From NCBI GenBank assembly GCA_038279365.1, contig JAYODI010000039.1:28756-48359 (forward strand): a stretch of 19,604 bases of DNA, read 5' to 3'. The notes beneath the pieces were generated by a model, which was given only the letters and a program-made list of their open reading frames with translations, made no database searches and had not been told where the DNA came from. The stretch comes from Candidatus Latescibacterota bacterium (GTDB lineage: Bacteria; Latescibacterota; UBA2968). Shown here one piece after another: positions 16,378 to 19,604 of this stretch. Every line of letters begins with the position of its first letter. Within the stretch, counting starts at the first letter, position 1. Made by a program: the position numbers and the translations under genes.

Positions 16378-16671
16378 ATGGATGGTATCTCAGGTGTTCA
16401 AGGTTCGGGTTCTTTTTTTACGCGCCAGCAGACAGACCAAACAAAGAATATTCGTTTTGAAAATGCGTTGGCTGCGGCACGTACCGCGGATGGGCAAGGT
16501 GAGGCAGCAAGTGCGACATCGCATCCAATAGATCAGGTAGATTTTAAATCGGCATTGCCAGCGACCAAGCATCAGCACAATGTGGCTGGCGCAAAAATGA
16601 TACAGAGCTTAAATAACTTGGTGCAAAATCGGCCCACAGAGAATTATGGTGGCTTAGACATACGACAGTGA
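16378..16671 (+). CDS. Small hypothetical protein (97 aa) with YjfB-like C-terminus
   Basis: SD GAGGT before ATG 16378; ends GAKMIQSL...GGLDIRQ; 7 nt from the next gene. Confidence 0.65.
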   Translation: MDGISGVQGSGSFFTRQQTDQTKNIRFENALAAARTADGQGEAASATSHPIDQVDFKSALPATKHQHNVAGAKMIQSLNNLVQNRPTENYGGLDIRQ

Positions 16672-16678
16672 GGTAGAT

Positions 16679-16942
16679 ATGAAAATTGAACAGGCCCTTG
16701 CAACAAAAATACAAATGGGTGGAAAGGGCAGTCTGTCCACCAGGCTGATGCCAATACCTCCAGAACAAAGAGTGGGTGATCGGGTTGAGTTGGCAATGTC
16801 TAAATCGACACTGGATGCCTTGCCAGATGTAAGAATGGATCGGCTTGAGGCTGTGCGCAAGCGTGTGGCAAACGGGTTTTATGACAAGCCAGAGGTGCGA
16901 GAACATATTGCGGACAGTTTTTTAAAGTATAGTTTTGTGTAA
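16679..16942 (+). CDS. FlgM-like anti-sigma28 factor, single module (87 aa)
   Basis: DRVEL...LPDVRMDRLEAVRKRVANGFY...IAD fits the FlgM C-terminal pattern; SD GAGGT. Confidence 0.75.
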   Translation: MKIEQALATKIQMGGKGSLSTRLMPIPPEQRVGDRVELAMSKSTLDALPDVRMDRLEAVRKRVANGFYDKPEVREHIADSFLKYSFV

Positions 16943-16974
16943 AATATTTAAAATTAAATATTTAAGTTTTTTAG

Positions 16975-17012
16975 AGGGGTGTGTTTTCAGTGTGAAACAC
17001 ACCTTTTTTTTT
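16975..17012 (+). terminator. Rho-independent terminator
   Basis: GGTGTGTTT(T)CA-GTG-TGAAACACACC followed by a T9 run. Confidence 0.8.
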
Positions 17013-17104
17013 GTTTTTGATACGGTTGGAGCTGTGTTGCCTCAGTTTTAGACATATTTTTGATGATTTTTTTTGAATCTTGTCATTTTTTTTGAAAAAA
17101 AACC

Positions 17105-17131
17105 TCAAGATAATTATGCTAAGGTCGATAT
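17105..17131 (+). promoter_or_regulatory. sigma28 promoter for the tandem-module flgM
   Basis: TCAA-N15-GTCGATAT, 21 nt before ATG 17152. Confidence 0.7.
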
Positions 17132-17151
17132 ACATGATAGAGGTGAACACT

Positions 17152-17625
17152 ATGAGAATAGAAAATGCAATAAATGAGGTCCAAGGGCCTCAGCAGACAG
17201 AGCGACGACAAAACGCAGAAATGCGTCGCAAGCGCACAACAGGACGAACTGGCGATGTGGTTGAGATTTCAACGACAGCCCGTTCGTTAGGCGCGCAAAC
17301 TGCTAACACGGTCGATTTGAACGCCGTCAGTGACGTGCGCCAATCTCGTGTCGAAGCCGTGAAGCAGCGCGTAGCCAGTGGTTACTATGACCAACCTGAA
17401 GTTCGTGAAGCGATTGCAGATGCCGTTTTGAACGCGGGTGTGGTTGACGCAGTAGCACAAGAGATTCAAGATGTCCGTACGACAAAGCGGGAATTGAATT
17501 CTGTGCCCGATGTGCGCGAAGACCGAGTCATACAAGCACGCGATCGCGTAGCCAGTGGGTTTTATGATGCTGGCAGCGTAAAAGCTCAGGTTGCTGATCG
17601 GATTCTGGACAATTTGATTGGATAA
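17152..17625 (+). CDS. flgM: FlgM-like anti-sigma28 factor with two tandem sigma-binding modules (157 aa)
   Basis: MRIE start, GDVVEIS..AR.L, then DVRQSRVEAVKQRVASGYY...IADAVL and DVREDRVIQARDRVASGFY...VADRIL; SD GAGGTG before ATG 17152. Confidence 0.8.
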   Translation: MRIENAINEVQGPQQTERRQNAEMRRKRTTGRTGDVVEISTTARSLGAQTANTVDLNAVSDVRQSRVEAVKQRVASGYYDQPEVREAIADAVLNAGVVDAVAQEIQDVRTTKRELNSVPDVREDRVIQARDRVASGFYDAGSVKAQVADRILDNLIG

Positions 17626-17682
17626 CGGATTGTATTGAAACGTCCGTGATTCCTAAAGTATAACTTTTTTAAAAACCATTAA

Positions 17683-17715
17683 AAAAGCGAAGGGTAAAAT
17701 ACGCCCTTCGCTTTT
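17683..17715. terminator. Bidirectional terminator between convergent flgM and glnA
   Basis: AAAAGCGAAGGG-N9-CCCTTCGCTTTT. Confidence 0.8.
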
Positions 17716-17727
17716 GGTGTTTGTATT

Positions 17728-17756
17728 AACGGCTGGCGATTTTATCGCCAGCCGTT
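17728..17756. repeat. Perfect 13-bp hairpin, REP-like or glnA 3' stem-loop
   Basis: AACGGCTGGCGAT-TTT-ATCGCCAGCCGTT, no clear U-tract on either strand. Confidence 0.6.
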
Positions 17757-17779
17757 GGTGTTTGGAAATTGAATGTTGT

Positions 17780-19198
17780 TTAAGCATCGAAATATAGTTC
17801 AAATTCGAATGGGTGGGGGCGCATATTGACAGCATCAATATCATGTTTCCGTTTGTAGTCGATCCACCGTTCTATTGCATCTTCTGTAAATACGTTGCCT
17901 TTGAGCAAAAAGTCGTGATCGGCATGTAGGGCGTCGAGGGCTTCGCCTAATGAGCTGGGGACGGTTGGAATTTGCGCTTTTTCTTCAGGCGAGAGATCGT
18001 ATAAATTTTTGTCGAGGGGTTCGCCGGGATAGATTTTGTTTTGAATGCCATCAAGGCCAGCCATGAGCATCGCTGAGAATGCCAAATAAGGATTGGCCAT
18101 TGGGTCTGGGCATCGAAATTCGATACGTTTGGCTTTGGGGTTTTGCGAGTACATCGGAATGCGTATGGACGCACTGCGATTGCGTTGCGAGTAGGCCAAG
18201 TTCACGGGGGCTTCATAGCCTGGAACCAAGCGTTTAAAGGAGTTGGTTGTGGGGTTGGTGAGTGCGATAAGTGCGGGGGCATGTTTTAGGATACCGCCAA
18301 TATAATACAAAGCCATTTCACTAAGGCCTGCATACCCCGATCCTGCAAATAAGGGGTCGTCACCATTCCAGAGGCTTTGGTGCGTGTGCATGCCCGAACC
18401 ATTGTCTTGAAACAATGGTTTGGGCATAAAAGTGACTGTTTTTCCGTGCCTACGCGCTACGTTTTTGACAATGTATTTGTACAATATCATTTGATCTGCA
18501 CAGGCAACCAAAGGGCAAAAACGTATATCTATTTCACACTGTCCACCCGTAGCCACTTCGTGGTGGTGCACTTCCACATCAATGCCCAAGTCTATCATTG
18601 TGAGCATCATTTCTGAACGTATGTCTTGTAAGGTGTCATTGGGGGGGGCGGGAAAAAGTCCTTCTTTAAAGCGCGTTTTGTACCCCAAATTGGGTTCTTC
18701 ATCACGCCCAGAATTCCAAGTGCCTTCGATGGAATCTACGGAATAAAAGGCAGTATTTGGGCGACTGGCGTAACGTACATCATCAAAAATAAAAAATTCG
18801 GCTTCGGGGCCAAATAGGGCGGTGGTGGCCAATCCGGTTGATTGCAGGTAGTTTTCGGCTTTTTTGGCAATGGCACGTGGATCACGTGAGTAAGCACCTT
18901 TGGTCATGGGGTCAGCAATATCACAAATCATGACCAGTGTTGGTTCGGTAAAAAAGGGGTCGATAAATGCAGTGGATGGGTCGGGAATGACCAACATGTC
19001 AGATTTGTTGACAACTTGCCAGTTGCGAATGCTTGAACCGTCGAATCCGAGACCGTCTTCAAAGGTGTCTTCATTTATGTCGGAAGCCCGAATGGTGAAG
19101 TGTTGCCACGTACCATGAAAGTCGGTAAAACGCAAATCGACAAGTTTGAGGTTCTGCGCTTTAACAGTAGCAAGAACGTCTTTTGACGTTTTGGCCAT
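17780..19198 (-). CDS. glnA: Glutamine synthetase type I
   Basis: [66 protein letters not shown] adenylylation-site motif; SD AAGGAG. Confidence 0.99.
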   Translation of the reverse strand: MAKTSKDVLATVKAQNLKLVDLRFTDFHGTWQHFTIRASDINEDTFEDGLGFDGSSIRNWQVVNKSDMLVIPDPSTAFIDPFFTEPTLVMICDIADPMTKGAYSRDPRAIAKKAENYLQSTGLATTALFGPEAEFFIFDDVRYASRPNTAFYSVDSIEGTWNSGRDEEPNLGYKTRFKEGLFPAPPNDTLQDIRSEMMLTMIDLGIDVEVHHHEVATGGQCEIDIRFCPLVACADQMILYKYIVKNVARRHGKTVTFMPKPLFQDNGSGMHTHQSLWNGDDPLFAGSGYAGLSEMALYYIGGILKHAPALIALTNPTTNSFKRLVPGYEAPVNLAYSQRNRSASIRIPMYSQNPKAKRIEFRCPDPMANPYLAFSAMLMAGLDGIQNKIYPGEPLDKNLYDLSPEEKAQIPTVPSSLGEALDALHADHDFLLKGNVFTEDAIERWIDYKRKHDIDAVNMRPHPFEFELYFDA

Positions 19199-19367
19199 GG
19201 TAGGCTCCTTTCATTTGCCAAGTGGGCAGGGAGGATAATTCTATGAGAAGATATGGTAAAAATTAAACGATGTGCCAATTGTTGTGAAAATATTTATGGT
19301 AAGGTTGCATATGGGGGGCGAATTTATTATATAAGGGTTTTTATAGGATTTCCACCACCACTTAAAC

Positions 19368-19386
19368 ATGTCTATCATATAGACAT
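19368..19386. promoter_or_regulatory. Perfect inverted repeat, candidate regulator binding site
   Basis: ATGTCTAT-CAT-ATAGACAT between glnA and the divergent gene. Confidence 0.5.
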
Positions 19387-19447
19387 TCCCTTTGTTGACG
19401 CAAGTTAAAAGTTAGGTTTTAGAAGGAGCGGGGGGAATACTCAGTTG

Positions 19448-19463
19448 CGGCACGTATCTTGCA
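19448..19463 (+). promoter_or_regulatory. sigma54 promoter for the gene starting at 19593
   Basis: CGGCAC-GTATC-TTGCA, exact GG-N10-GC spacing. Confidence 0.7.
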
Positions 19464-19592
19464 TAAGATCGTAGATGTGCGTGGTTATTTATAAATATGT
19501 AAAAATTGAAAATTTAAAGTAAGTTATTTTTTTTAAATGTGTTATATTTCCCCCCAAAACGAATGGACAAAATTTCAAGGGAGAGTTAAAGT

Positions 19593-19604
19593 ATGAAAAC
19601 CCTT
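19593..19604 (+). CDS. 5' end of a CDS truncated by the window edge (MKTL...)
   Basis: ATG preceded by AAGGGAG (19577-19583); only 4 codons visible, product unknown. Confidence 0.45.

Noticed and set aside
12151..17151. Longer ORF-track starts for fliD (12151), the small ORF (16369) and flgM (17080)
   Set aside because: Downstream ATGs have proper SDs and family-like N-termini; 17080 lies upstream of the gene's own predicted promoter.
1..19604. CRISPR array, tRNA/rRNA, transposase or integrase
   Set aside because: No regularly spaced repeats with unique spacers, no RNA-gene signatures and no recombinase motifs seen.

Overview
Bacterial flagellar filament locus, almost all on the + strand, which is visibly G/T-rich. 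Order: a probable flagellin glycosylation/modification cluster (methyltransferase-GT-TPR multidomain protein, GNAT acetyltransferase, double GT2-TPR glycosyltransferase, cobalamin-binding radical SAM enzyme); two paralogous flagellins (first behind a sigma54-type promoter, second behind stacked sigma28-type promoters and a CsrA-type leader); flaG; an unusually long fliD with an internal domain duplication; fliS; an FlgN/FliT-like chaperone; a small YjfB-like ORF; two FlgM-like anti-sigma28 genes, one with a tandem-duplicated sigma-binding module; a convergent type I glnA; and the first 4 codons of a gene divergent from glnA. No rRNA, tRNA, CRISPR array or transposase was seen. The most notable signals are the B12-radical SAM enzyme in a filament-modification cluster next to nearly lysine-free flagellins, the FlgM module expansion, several structured leaders, and heptamer repeat arrays at gene/domain junctions. 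All family calls come from reading motifs by eye; no searches were run, and taxonomy cannot be fixed from this window.
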